Below are positions 47,492-60,865 of a stretch of 64,000 nt of DNA, piece after piece (position 1 is the first letter of the stretch; the number at the start of each line of letters is the position of its first letter). Source of the stretch: Mytilus californianus. Its lineage: Eukaryota. The position numbers and the translations under genes are program-made. The stretch lies in assembly GCF_021869535.1 (NCBI RefSeq), contig NW_026262668.1, positions 16,864,001 through 16,928,000 of the forward strand, read 5' to 3'. Under the pieces are notes generated by a model that saw nothing but the letters and a program-made list of their open reading frames with translations, did not search any database and was not told where the DNA came from.

Positions 47492-49003
47492 ATGGAAACG
47501 GATAACCAAGAACAGTCTAATCAAGACGACACAGAAGTTCTTGTCGAATCTGCTGAGCCGACGCCATTGGTGATATCGTCTATTACATCTGAAGCAGTTG
47601 GAGAATCGGAAGCAGTTGCTGAGTCGTCCGAGTTTCTTGAAGAAGAAGAACCTGCAGATAATAACGAGTTGATGGAAATCCCGCAGTGCCCGAATCCTTT
47701 GCAGTGTCGATATTGTGGGAAAGTTTTTACCCGTTCTTTCTACCGCAAAGAACACGAACGCATACACACGGGTGAAAAACCATTCTCTTGTAGCTTTTGC
47801 GGTAAGCGGTTTAATAGCCAAGGCAGCTGCCGTAAACACGAAAGAACACACATGCGTAGCAAGAACCGAACACACGAATGTGAACATTGTGGCAAAAACT
47901 TCAAGGACATGACAACTTTGCGAACTCATCTAAGAACCCATACTGGTGACAAACCTTATTCGTGTGACGTATGTGGGCGATCATTTAGTTTCGAAACCGT
48001 TCTGAAAAAACACATGATGTTCCACAATGGCCAGAAACAGTTCCAATGCATGGTTTGTAGCAAATCGTACTTTACCGCATACGATCTACGCGTGCACGTG
48101 CGCTCACATACTGGCGAAAAGCCATACAAATGTCATTTTTGTAGCCAATCATTTGCGACCGGAAGGAGGAGGAATCTGCATGAAAAGTGTCACGAGAAGA
48201 CAGGAGCGCATCATTGCAAACAATGTGGAATGATATTTAGATCAGTAGAATCACTTGCACTACACCAAGTAAAAAGTCAACTAGCCGGTGGTTGTAGTTA
48301 TATAAACAACACTCATCAAACAATGACTAATGAAGATGTCACTCGCGAACCAAATCATTACGAAAAACCCAATGAACAAACTGATACTTATAACCATTAC
48401 AACAGTTTAAACGAAAACGAGGAGTTTGATATTGAATTTCTTGGTCAAACGATACATGACAGCAACCCATTCGGCAGTCCGAATAACTCTCAAACATATG
48501 AGGTACACAAAACTAATATTTATCCAACTGGACTTCTGAAATCTACCGAAAGAAGCATAAAGAAGGAACCTATTTCAGACCACGAAGTTTACAATAATGA
48601 GGAGTATTATGAAAATATGTCCATTGAAAGATCTATTCATCCAAGCGCTACGCTAGATCAAACAAGTGCTTCATCTCGAATGCTACACTCGCCAGTTCAG
48701 TCCCGAAACTTTTTTGATAGACCATTACCTGAACCACAACAACTTTCTGTTATTTCTACAGACGAAAAGGCCGTTCAGACAATTATATTATCGGATACAG
48801 ATAAACTATTTTGCGACATGGAAACGGCCGGAAAGGTTCATGAATGTAAGCACTGTCGGATCATTTTCCGAGAGTATAGCATGTATTTGGTGCACAAAAC
48901 ACTGCACATTAATCCAGTGAAACCATTTGTTTGCCATTTGTGTGGCGATGAGGCGGAAAATGGCGTTGATTTTAATGCCCATCTCATATGGCACATGAAA
49001 TGA
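47492..49003 (+). CDS. C2H2 zinc-finger protein: acidic N-terminus, 6 canonical plus 1 degenerate finger, and a C-terminal Ikaros/Hunchback-type finger pair
   Basis: 503-aa ORF with TGEKP-type linkers; C-terminus CKHCRIIFREYSMYLVHKTLH...FVCHLCGDEAENGVDFNAHLIWH; splice acceptor ctttgtag| at 47483/47484, 8 nt before the ATG. Confidence 0.93.
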   Translation: METDNQEQSNQDDTEVLVESAEPTPLVISSITSEAVGESEAVAESSEFLEEEEPADNNELMEIPQCPNPLQCRYCGKVFTRSFYRKEHERIHTGEKPFSCSFCGKRFNSQGSCRKHERTHMRSKNRTHECEHCGKNFKDMTTLRTHLRTHTGDKPYSCDVCGRSFSFETVLKKHMMFHNGQKQFQCMVCSKSYFTAYDLRVHVRSHTGEKPYKCHFCSQSFATGRRRNLHEKCHEKTGAHHCKQCGMIFRSVESLALHQVKSQLAGGCSYINNTHQTMTNEDVTREPNHYEKPNEQTDTYNHYNSLNENEEFDIEFLGQTIHDSNPFGSPNNSQTYEVHKTNIYPTGLLKSTERSIKKEPISDHEVYNNEEYYENMSIERSIHPSATLDQTSASSRMLHSPVQSRNFFDRPLPEPQQLSVISTDEKAVQTIILSDTDKLFCDMETAGKVHECKHCRIIFREYSMYLVHKTLHINPVKPFVCHLCGDEAENGVDFNAHLIWHMK

Positions 49004-49720
49004 TCAAATAAAACGGGACATAATCTTTCCAGTTGATTGGATTTTCGTAATCTTAAATGGCAGCAAAGCTGGTGCTTACTAACGAAAATATGAACTTAAT
49101 GTAATAATCTGGAATCAATCATCTAATCATTTGCTAAAGTTTAAAAGAAAAATCAATTTTGTTTTTATTTTATATCCCCCTACGAATTAATGTGCTGCTG
49201 GAGCATGTTAGAACCTTGTCCGTCCATCTGTCTGCGTAAGACTCGGTTTTATACTAGTATACGTTGTATCATGCAGTTTGTCTGAAACCTTTTACTTCAT
49301 CACTGCGGTCCTCATACAATGTATAGAATGTTGGCAACATTTGTGTCGTTATGACCATTATTTCCCCTTAACATAGTGTTTATCCTAGTCTTTTCATAGA
49401 CATGGAATCCGTGTCTTACCAATGAGGTTTTTAGTGTTATTATTGTGCCTGGTATAGCTAGTCTGAATATCGAAAAACTAGTTAACACCGACATCAAATA
49501 AATACCATTCTGGTTAAAACTATCCATAACCATAACAACATATATTCAATAAATATAACAACACTCACACATACAGAAATGGAAATAAAACCAACCGCTG
49601 TAAATGCACCACTTCAAAGATCACATGCCCTTTGATTTAAAATGTTCACAAATGTAGTAGGGGCCAGGTATGAACACATCATTTCTATAAACGATTTCAC
49701 CTACTTCGTCTTATTCATAC

Positions 49721-49847
49721 CAGTGGCGGATCCAGGTGGGGGGTTCCGGGGGGTTGGAACCCCCCTTTTTTTGACGATCAATGCATTTGAATGGGGACAT
49801 ATAATTGGAACCCCCCCCCCTTTTAAAAATGGCTGGATCCGCCCGTG
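49721..49847. mobile_element. CAGTGGCGGATCCAG-type MITE
   Basis: TIR CAGTGGCGGATCCAG / CTGGATCCGCCCGTG; relatives at about 50793-50951, 53466-53603 and 54488-54630. Confidence 0.65.
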
Positions 49848-52800
49848 CATACTAAGATCATTACTGGTGTCTAAACAGTTATGTTGTAAAACGATCATAT
49901 TGTTTTGAAAGGTCATCTTAAGCGCATTTTTTGAAAAGAGTCTGAACAAAAGTTTGGTCCATATATACGAATGGGTCTTCCGAAAAAAAGGAGTAAAATA
50001 AATTTAGTTAATTCTGTACCACAATACAGTGACATTAAAAATAAAAGAACAGAGTTCCAATGTGCCCCGCATAGCACATATTTTTCTGTCGAAGGGCAAT
50101 AACTACAACACAACTTTTTTTTCTTTGAATTTGTTATAAATATCTTAAAAGAAAATGAAGGGTTGAGAGCAAATGCAATGCAATTTCCGATATAATTGAT
50201 ATTTCCAAGGCGCGTAACTCTTAAAAATATTTGATCAGCACTCATTTTCCAAATTGTCCATGACCATGATGACATTACTGATATGAACCTTTGATATAAA
50301 TTTGATAAAATCTTGCAAAAATTGTACATGTTAGAGCGTTTACAATGCAATTTTCCATATACATGTAATTAAAACTTCAAGGGGCAAAACTATTGATCGG
50401 CACTGATTTTCGAACTTGTCCGATACATTGCTGATTTAGAACTATGATATAAGTTTCATAAAGATCTGGCAAGAATTGTACACATGAGAGCGCTAACAAT
50501 GTAAATTTACATACATATTATATTTCCAAGGGGCATAACTCTTTTAAAAATTGTTGTTTACAGAATAGCATAATAACGACCGAAAGTAATAATAATTAGA
50601 GTAAAATGAGCAAAATATAAAAAATCGAATAGAGAAAAATGCGGTGCAGAAGTATAAATAATTAATATTGGTGGGAAATAAAAGAATCAGGTAATACAAT
50701 ACTGATTATAGAACTTTGCGTACAGAGTAAAGAAAACGTCAATTTTAAATGTAAAATCTTTTTCATGAGAATTTTACAGTGTTATTTTTATTCAGGCGGA
50801 TTTAGGGGGGGGGGGGGCAAGGGCCGGTGCCCCGTATGGAGCTTCATATAAAATGTTAAATGCAGACCTCTTACAAGTATCACTCCAAACGTTGGCTTTT
50901 GTCGTATACCTCTAGCCCCCTCACTGTTCTCAATCCTGGATCCGCACCTGCTAATGATAAGGAAAAATGTCCTAAAAATTAAGTTAAAAGATTACAGAAA
51001 GGACCTCGATCCATCCCAACATTTATATTGAAGTTTTCTCTGTGAATTGAAAATCGAAAGTAAAATGGAATATAAGGATATGTGGGATAAACGTTGATCA
51101 GTTGATGTACGTGTTACCAGGAGCACATGTCTGACAAATGGCATTTAAACTTGACCGCCTTTTGATAGTTAAACGTTTGTGATATCAGTTTACACAAATT
51201 AGAGGTAAACTTTAATATTTTGTATATAAATTCATTGACATACTCGTCATTCTTGAAGGGGCCTCAGTGCCTAAGTAGTCGAACTACAGGGGCGTGTTTC
51301 ATTGGTCTCTTCTGTACATCTCAAGAACGTCTTCTGGTGAAGAGTCAAAAAAAATTAATCTGGAACTCTTCTGAAGATATTCTGTGGAAGAAACAATAAA
51401 ACAAAAAATCAATTTACCTTCGAATATATCAGATGTTTTATGTTGGATGACATAAATGAAGTTTACGATGATTTATTAGAAAATTAAGATACATCAGTGC
51501 ATTCGGTAAACATTAATGTAATAGTGTGGCAGTGCTATGTTTCAGCATTGGTGTATTTTATACAATAAGTGTAAAAACAAAGAAAATTGGTTGGAAGAAA
51601 TCGCTGTGTTCGTGAAATTTTTTCTTTATACTTGCCGAACTCAGTTTTGCTAAACAAATCGGACTTAAAGCTCCGACCATTTGATTTTCTGGAATAATCA
51701 GGCTTAAACTGTACAAGAATTTGTCGGCAATGCATGTTTGTTTGGTATATTATCGAAAAGGACATCTTGTCTCTCAAATTTGTTTAAAGTAGAGAACTGG
51801 AATATTTTTGTATATAAAAGATATCGCAGAGTTCTTAAAATCTTTTTCCCAGGTGGCACTTTAAGAAAATCTGCTGGTCCTAACTTTTATAATTTCCATT
51901 GCAAAATTTCGATGGTCAAAACCTTCGGACCATGACTTGTTGAGAACTTTAATTGAATACAAGGTATGCATGGTCATGGCGTTTCTCTGATTTTTATGAC
52001 TAAATCCGTTGGTTGTGTACTGATTGATACTTAAGTCTGGGAGAACAGGATTTATTTTTTAGTTGTAATTGGCTTAGCCTTTGAACAAACTTTCAGTAAC
52101 TGCAAATACTCTTATTTCGGTGCTTTGTGTCTATTGTCTTAATGTTAGTTGTTTGTTGTGTCTCGTACCGATCTTTTGAGTTAATCCTATGGCATTTGAT
52201 GTTTACAGTTTGTTCTTATGTTGTACTGATACACCACTGTCTCAGTTTAGGGGAGAGTTTAGCGATCACAAACATGTTTAACCCTGCCATATTCTTAATG
52301 TTTCTGTCCAAAGTCAATTGTTTTTGTTATATATAATAAGGCCGTTGGTTTTTTGGATTCAATTGTGTCACATTTTTCATGTCGGGCCTTTAATAGCCGA
52401 CTATACGGTATGGATTTTTGTCATTGTTGAAGGCCATACGGTTACCTATAATTCCTTATATCCCCTTCATTTGAACTAAAAATGCATGACATATTTGTCA
52501 CTGGACGTTAAAAATAAGCAACAGACAATCAATCAATCTAAACTCATGTTAAATAAGGAGAAAACCATTTGATTTTTTAGGGGGGGACATGAGGATTTTG
52601 AATAGGAATATGTTTGGCCTCGTAAGAGCTGAAAATAGGCATGCTTAGGGACCTTTTAAAATGAATAATAAATCCACAAAAAATCTTCCTGCTCGCTCCC
52701 CTCCCCAGAATATCAAATAGTCGTCCCCGTACTGTTATTGTCCATGCAGTTCTTATATTTATCCAGCTTATCGTCCCTACATGGATGTTCTAAGGATGCA

Positions 52801-55800
52801 ATACCATAAAAAGCTCACATTCTATTATATCTACATTCATAAATTTATTAATGTCATTTAGACTAGACGGCGCCATGTTTGTTTTGTGCCTCTGTCGTCT
52901 AAACCACCTATTCAAAAAGAAGAGGTAGAAGAGAAACTGAAGATCTTCCCAATGCAAAAAAACAGAAATGGACCTCTTCTGGATCACTACCGAAGAACAA
53001 AAAAAAACACGCCCCAGTATGATCCAGTATCACTAACTAGCCTGTCAACACTGAGGTTGGGAGTTTGAATCCCGCGTGTGGCAGGTGCGCTCGAATTTAC
53101 TGGCAATAAAACATGTTCGTTCTTATTGTGGAAGTGAGTTGCTTAAAGTCGTCTTCAGCGACCTCTTATAGTTACCTGACGGTAAACCTAACCCATTGCG
53201 GCCTTGACCGCCTATAGTCGTGATGTCAATAGTCATTCACATATGACCCTACATGCTGAACTGGTTTGACAACAGCCGGAGGATTATTCTTGCAAATTAT
53301 TGTCCATCTACCTTTTCTAAAATTGCTTTTATGAAACTATGACAACTTTACTGGCCATCTTGGAGGTAAAAATCGAAAAACTGAGAAAATAGCAAAAATC
53401 AGGTGAAGATGGGATTATATATGGATTCAACTACGTCAATGGTATATACCTGCCGTAGATATTTACAGTGGCGGATCCAGAAATTTTCATAAGGGGGCCC
53501 ACTGACTACCTAAGAGGGGGCCCGCTCCAGTCATGCTTCAGTGATTCCCTAAATAATCAACCAAATTTTCCCCACAAAAAAAACAACTCTTAATCCGCCT
53601 ATGATTTACCATGTATTCATTTTATGGCTAGATCAGTTCATGTCTGTAAAAGAATGTTACTGTTTTGTCAGAAATCTGTAAAATCATACATTTTGACCAA
53701 TTGGGCCAGTCATGATTGACAATGGAATCAAATACACTGCCAGTTAACATAGAAGGGCAGCTGATGTAACTAACAGAAGTCACCTGTCTGTTACCTTTTA
53801 TTATCATTCAGTGATTCCAATCAACTTTTTGAACATTTCTATCAGGAATGTTAAATGATTTCATATATGTTGTCCATTCTACGTTTGCAATGTTTCCTTG
53901 TAAGATCGATTTTTAAACTTTAACCATACAGACTTTTAACATGTTATTCTACCATAATAATAACTCTGATGAAACGTTCACGAAAACTGTTGACACAAAG
54001 ATATGCCTCGCCTGTATGTAATCTTGAAATCAAAATTCAAATGGCAATATTTTAATATGTTAACTATGCAAAATATTCAAGGTATATGAACTATGACTAT
54101 AACATGCTGAGCCAAATTATCTCCATGGAAATGAGATATACCAATAGCCTTCCCCTTATACTAACCTAATCACAAACTTTACATATAAACTATGCAAAAA
54201 TTCCAGTCAATGAACCATGACTGAGGAGGCAGGGTCATATTCTAGTACTCTCCATGGAAATGGCTACCGATAGTACCATTGCAACTGCATACCAAATACC
54301 ATTGACTTGTGAGTGGTTCCCCTTATACTGACATAATCACAAACTTTAACATGTAAACTATGCAAAAGTTTCAAAGTCAATAGCCGATGACTGAATAGGG
54401 CAGAGCCAAATCATCTCTTTGGAAATGAAATATGCTTATGCTTATACAAATATATAGTTAATATCATAAACCTACCATTAGTGGTTACAGGGGAGGATCC
54501 AGCCATTTATAAAAGGGGGAGTTCCTAACCCAGGATAAAGGGTGGGGTTCCAACTATAAGTCCCCATTCAAATGCATTGATTGTCAAAAGAAAAGGGGGA
54601 GGGGTTCCAATCCCCGGACCCCCACTTTGTTGAGGCGTGACAAACATATATTGCAGAGGACAATATCCTAAAATTAATAACAATGTTATTGATAAAATGA
54701 TGATAGTTTAATGTTCATTTGCAAATACTTCAAGTTCTAAAAATGTTGGTGGATCTCTATGAAGGGCAGCAAAATTTTACTGTCGCTGAAAAAGGGGAAA
54801 ATATTTAATCTTCCACCCAAAGGAACTAGTCTCTGAAAAAAATTACATATATATCTTGATATAACATTATATAAAGGTATATAGGCAATATTTTTCAGAG
54901 ACATTAGTGCCTGTGCTTCCAGCAGGTCAACTATTGATCTCGTAAAAGTTGTTACAAGAGTTCTTTCAGGTGAGGGTAGTGAACAAGTCTTCAAACAATA
55001 CATCAGATTTAACATGCCTGAACAAGGTTCTTACAGTCACACAGGAGACCAGTATCTCTAGTCATAGGGTTGATAAAGGAGTTGAACATTTGCAACACAC
55101 TCATCTGATAAAGATCAAGCAAGTTTATAATGTAACCACAAAATGCTGCTGAACAGCTTTAGTCTTTACAAAAGAACTGCATAGGTTAGAAATGTACAGA
55201 GAAGAACTGCATAGGTTAGAAAAAATTATAAATCCAAAGTTAATACACTGATATTTCATGAGAAACATAATATTTAAGTTAAGACCTTTATTTTACATAT
55301 CACAATAATACAAGTTTATCATTCTGATATAATTATCTACATGATGTGACATAGACATGCTTCACAGCTTAAAAAACACAGTATGACAAAATATGATGGA
55401 AGTTAATGATCAGGAGGTCAATTTTCATGACCTTCAAATAAATGAAGAAAAGACTTAAATGACAGATCAACAGAATGAAGAGATTTTGGTCAAAAATACT
55501 GTTTAACTAATGTACTTTTATTCATGGTTAATTGATTTTTGTTTAGTTTTTGAGGTTTCAGTAATAAATTGGTATAAAATATATGCTTTCATTCGGTAAT
55601 TAAATTCATAGTTTAAAAGGCCAACAAAATCTTAAGACTACTATGAATTATAACACATTACATTAGGAAATTTAATGATTTTTATGACTATTTTAATATA
55701 AATAAATAAAAAGTTCTTACAAATTTAAACCACAATTCAAAAATTTCATCTGTACTTTAATTAGAAGGAAATTTCTATGTACATACTAGAAGATAAACTA

Positions 55801-56527
55801 TGCAGTGAAATACACACATCATTCTGATTTCTTTGTCAAATTAAAAACAAATGATTTAATAGATATTGATTTGAACCATGAAAACTGTTGTTTTTCTTTT
55901 TAAGGACTTTTACAGTAACCTTCTAGAATGAATATAGATATAAGAAGATGTGGCATGAGTGCCAATGAGACAACTCTCCATCCAAGTCAAAATTTATAAA
56001 AGTAAACCATTATAGACTGTTTTTTAGGGTTATTCCTTTAGAAAAACCCAATTATGAAAAGCTACTAACTTCTTAATAATTTTGAACATCTGTTAAAATT
56101 AAGGTCAAATTCTAAATACTGTTTAGTGCTGTGAAATTGGAATTAAAATTATGCAATACATGTACAAGTTTAATCTTTAGATTTGTTTCTTATTTTCAAA
56201 GATGAAATACACAAATTCCTTATAAACAACTACTGGGATGTTGCATACTCTTTTATAACATTATTATGATTATAACATGTATCAAAAATCATAAGTCACT
56301 GTCATTTTATGACAACTATAGTCAAAAATAAAATAAAAGTTCAAATAACATGTTTGTGGCATACAAATTCAGCAAATCAAAAGATCTTTCAACAAGAAAA
56401 AGAGGATGAATATGTATTTATCCATGTTGAAGATTGCCACATAACAATCTTTATGTATCACATTCAGATATTCCTTCTTTCATCCTTCAAGTTACAAGAC
56501 ACACATCAGCCATTGTTTCATGTCCTG

Positions 56528-56541
56528 CTATACAGCTGTGT
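56528..56541 (-). CDS. TMEM141: TMEM141-like last coding exon (DTAV*)
   Basis: cctttttacag|AC ACA GCT GTA TAG. Confidence 0.6.
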
Positions 56542-59500
56542 CTGTAAAAAGGAAAACAATACAGTTATACATCATACAAGTCAAATATTTAATGGGCTTT
56601 GTGGACAGTAAAAATTGAACTTATCAATAATTTATTTTGGTACAGCTTATGAGTTGATTGGTTTGTATTACTGTGGATTCATTAATATTCGTTGGATACC
56701 AATTTTCGTGGATTTCGTGCGTACAAGGGAACAACGAATTCAAATGTTCAACGAAATACAAGTTTTCTACAGAAAAGTATGCAGACTTTTCCAAAACCAC
56801 GAAATCAAATATCCACGAATATGCAAGTTTTCATCAATCCACGAAAATTGGTACCCACGAAAATAAATGAATCCACAGTAATGTTTTTGTACATAGTTTT
56901 ATTAAATCTAAATAACACCTGGCATGGTGGACTGGAATTAACCAGCTTGCTAGAAAGACCTTTTTTGTTATTACAGATGAATAAAAATATATCTATCTGA
57001 AATGAGGAATATAGGGATCCAAAAAATTATTCAAATTACCTAGTAAAAGTACTGATACAATTGTTCTGTTTTATGCAGTTATTGTGAAGGAAGTTAAACC
57101 TTGAATCAGTTGGTGTTCGTCAGGGTATTTAAATTCTTGGAGGATAAACTATTTCTTTGAATAAATACAATAGATATTGTCCTCTGTGGAATTTAAAATT
57201 TCTCCTTGAAAAACTAAATTGTGCAGCACAAAAATTAAAACTCCTTGTAATGAAAATACATGTACATATACTGTAATTTAACGTCTTCATTGAATAAATG
57301 CTGCAGAGGACAAAAGATATTGTTTTAATTTAATTGATCAGTTCACCTTCTAAATATCTAAATACCCTGACCAATAGCAACGTATTCTTATGAACGATTT
57401 ATTTTCTTGCAATAAATACATAATTTCTATGCTGATTTATAGAGCATTAATGCAAAATTGATTTAATGCTGTTTTATAGTGCATAAATGCATAATTTCAT
57501 ACATACAGATTTATAGCACATTAATGCATAATTTCAAACATACAAATTTATAGATCATAAATGCATAATTTCTTTATGCAGTTTTATAGTACACAAATGC
57601 ATAATTTTATTTTTATGCATTTTAAATTGCATAAACATGAATGCAGATTTTAAAGTATTAAGTGTATGAAGGAAATGCCTATACCAAGTCAGGAATATAA
57701 CAGTTGTTTTCCATTTGTTTGATGTGTTTGAGCTGCTGATTTTGCCATTTGATAATGGACTTTCTGTTTTTGAATTTAACTTTGAGTTCGGTATTTATTT
57801 TTGTTATTTTACTTTTTAGTAAATGTATCTTACCTGTACCCTCTGGAAATCTTGTAAAGTTGCGTGCTTTGTGGTATTCATACCAATCCTTGAAGAATTT
57901 TTCTTTACACTTATTGTACTCGTATTGAGTAACTGCCAATGCTGCCAAGCCGGCTATACTTAAAGGTAAAATGTAATACTTTTTTAGTCTTTTTCTTGTT
58001 GTCAATTCTTTAATATTCTGACGAACTCCAACAGCTGTAGCAACTGAAACAATAAATAAAACCTTAGTACACTATATTGGTCATACTTAAAAAATAATTC
58101 ACTATAGCCATTTTGGTTTGGTAGAAAAGTTACAAACCATTGACACAATTATATGAACATGATGAAAAATAAGTATCAGTAAGTAGGACTTTTTTGCTCC
58201 TCCATAATTCCCTGTACTGTTAATGCATGGCTAATTGTTGGTTTAATTTTGCTTGCAGAAAAAAAAGTGTCTTTATTCACTCAAAAGAATGTTCCACAGT
58301 AAAAAACGGGTGCAACTTTTGCCAAAAAAGGATTCTTAATGTATATATATATAAGCTACATATTATAAGTTTTATTGTAGATTTATGTGTATAAACAGTA
58401 CATTCAGTTCAATAGAATGGGTCAGTCATGATGTATAACATTTCTTTTCTATGAGATGTAGCAAACAACTGTTTCTCTTTTTTTCTCATGGTAGGATTTT
58501 TTAAATATCAAAATACCTTTACATGTTTAAATTTGTTCTATGCTTGGCCATTACATCAAATAAGCTTAGTTGTGCATAAGTCAATTAAAGTGACTTTAGA
58601 ATGTTGAATCGTGTCTTTCATGGAAAATTCAAAAACTTTCGGTGGGAGATTTTTAAAGCTAAAAGTTTATAACTCACTTGACTGTTTTATTTAGCTTTGG
58701 TACAATGTTGTATCAACTATGCAAAAAATCTACATTCACATTTTTAACATTTTACATTTTTAAACAGCCTTTATTTTACCATTGGGAAATGCCCACGATT
58801 TAAAGTGATCTTTGGTGTCTTCAAATAGCTCAAGGGATTAAACAACTGACATTTTGTTTAACCATTTAAATATTTCTAGCTCCATAAGAGAAACAATATG
58901 TTTAATTATTTGTTAAAAGACAGAAGTAAAGAAATTGGTATATATGTACCCACCTACAAACATTGTTCCCAGTCCTTTAATAAAACACCTTGATTGGCAC
59001 ACATCTTTGTTCTTTACAAACTGAAAAAATATAAAAATGTCAATTATCAAACAATTTAAGAAATTAGATGATGACGATGGATGGCTGCTTAACGTTCAGC
59101 GGCAAATTAATATGCATATTCAGGACTAGAACATGTAGAACAGGATTATGGCTACAACAAACATATTCAGTAATCTTTGAAACAATTATTCTGTATAAAA
59201 GTCATGGACAACCAAATCATGATGGTGTTATAAAAAATTTGTAAAGGGTTCCACAAAACCCTGTGTCTCGCATATGATTGTTGCTGCTGTCAGCATAAAA
59301 GTTAAAAGTAAGTCCAGTTACATGTATCAGTTTAAAATATAGAATTTTTTTTATAAAAATAAAAATATTTTTCTCCATATTCTATTTCTTCTATTGCTCT
59401 TACTTGCAAGATTGGCAAAAAAGCGGTCATTACTAGTATTGACCATGCTGGCAGTAAATACTGGGAAATACTGGTCGATTGAAATTTTGAGTGGACATAA

Positions 59501-60508
59501 CTATAAAAACCACTCTACCTGGTCAATTACTGTTAATAGGGTCTTTAGGTTTCATTTTGGTGCTCGTATATACATTATTATTTCTGTATATAAGTAATTC
59601 GAATTCTGTATATACTTAAATAAAACTTAAATGTTGGGCGAGCGGAGCGAGGCGAAAAAATTTTTTGAGGTAAAATTATCGAAATATTCTTTATTAAGCT
59701 GAGGACAACCCATGCTTTGTAAATTTTAGGAGGGGGCCTGCCACGCCCCCACCTAAATCCTTCCGTGAAATTTGTATACTCATATGAAAATAGACGATAG
59801 TATTGTGTGAAACAAGGTAAAAAATACTCATTTACATATTTACATATATATGTATCTATCGAATTACGTATACACAGAAATAGTTCCGTGTATACAGAAT
59901 TCGAATTACTTATATAAAGAAAATGATTTACGAATATACGTAATTTGATTTACATATATATATGTAAATCAAATTAAGTATATACATGACTTGTAGTTGA
60001 AGTTGTACATAAAGAATTCTGTATATACAAAAAAGTTCAGTATAAACATAATTATCTCTATATATATATGTAAATGGAATTACGTATATATGTAAATCAA
60101 ATTACGTATATATGTAAATAGAATTACGTATATACAGAAATAATTATGTATATATGTAAATAAGCATAAAATTTTTGACCCTGTCATAGATATTTTCTGA
60201 TTTTTTTTTAGAACTTGAGTTGAATATTGACAACATTTTCGTGAATCGCAATTCCATTGCTCAATACAATGGGACTGCAAAAGACTCAAAGAACACTTCA
60301 TAAAATTGTGAATGGTTTAATAAGAATATTTATATCAGCTGATTACATGTACATTACATGTATGATGTAAAACTCTTCAACTTTGAAATGTGATGTAATT
60401 GTAAAACTGTTTTAGTGGTACGCAGATTTTAATTACCTCGGGCTCATCTTGCATGAGCAGCTCTTCGAGCTTGCTAGTACGAGCTTCTGCAACTTGTTCT
60501 TCTGTCAT
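56528..60508 (-). CDS. TMEM141: TMEM141-like small membrane protein, spliced CDS of 4 exons, 120 aa
   Basis: Exons (minus): 60508-60437, 59020-58954, 58043-57834, 56541-56528; GT-AG, phases 0/1/1, 363 nt. Protein MTEEQVAEARTSKLEELLMQDEPEFVKNKDVCQSRCFIKGLGTMFVVATAVG...YYILPLSIAGLAALAVTQYEYNKCKEKFFKDW...GTDTAV*. Two hydrophobic segments and the CQSxxFxKG and TxxExxKC motifs resemble TMEM141 as I recall it. Confidence 0.75.
56671..56878. mobile_element. Tc1/mariner-type MITE
   Basis: TIR CTGTGGATTCATT, TA on both flanks, 208 bp. Confidence 0.85.
57834..58043 (-). CDS. TMEM141: TMEM141-like exon 3
   Basis: gtttcag acceptor, G|GTAAGA donor, 210 nt, open frame with a TM segment. Confidence 0.8.
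58954..59020 (-). CDS. TMEM141: TMEM141-like exon 2
   Basis: ttttttcag acceptor, G|GTGGGT donor, 67 nt, CQSRCFIKG. Confidence 0.75.
60437..60508 (-). CDS. TMEM141: TMEM141-like exon 1
   Basis: ATG ACA GAA..., 72 nt, GAG|GTAATT donor. Confidence 0.7.
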
Positions 60509-60865
60509 CTTTTAATTTGATGAAAGTTATACAACGTGATTCTTCATTGAAAATGAAAGGTCAAATTTTCTAACTAAAATTTCGGTGATCCTCTGGATTT
60601 TACTTAATTTTTGAAGTCCCTGTCTTCAAAACGTTTTGAAGTATCCAATTTTATACTTTCCGAAAAGAACATAAATGATCTGAGCTGTAAACAAACCATC
60701 AAGGAAGCAGCATGGTTGATATTCGTGTTGTTGGAGCCAGAGATCGTCAGAAGCAAGAGTTCACAGAGGAAATATCAAACCTTGTGTGTCCAGGCGATGT
60801 TATCACTGCAGATACTGGGTTTATGCGGTAGGAAATGGATGCATGCGTGTACATAACTGCTTTCA

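Noticed and set aside
52790-52987. Possible minus-strand gene start at AAACATGGCG (MAPSSLNDINKF...)
   Set aside because: The YY1-like motif is present, but there is no convincing donor site or downstream exons
53966-53995. Second hammerhead-like core CTGATGA...GAAA
   Set aside because: No stem I, no closable stem II, and the cleavage position would be G
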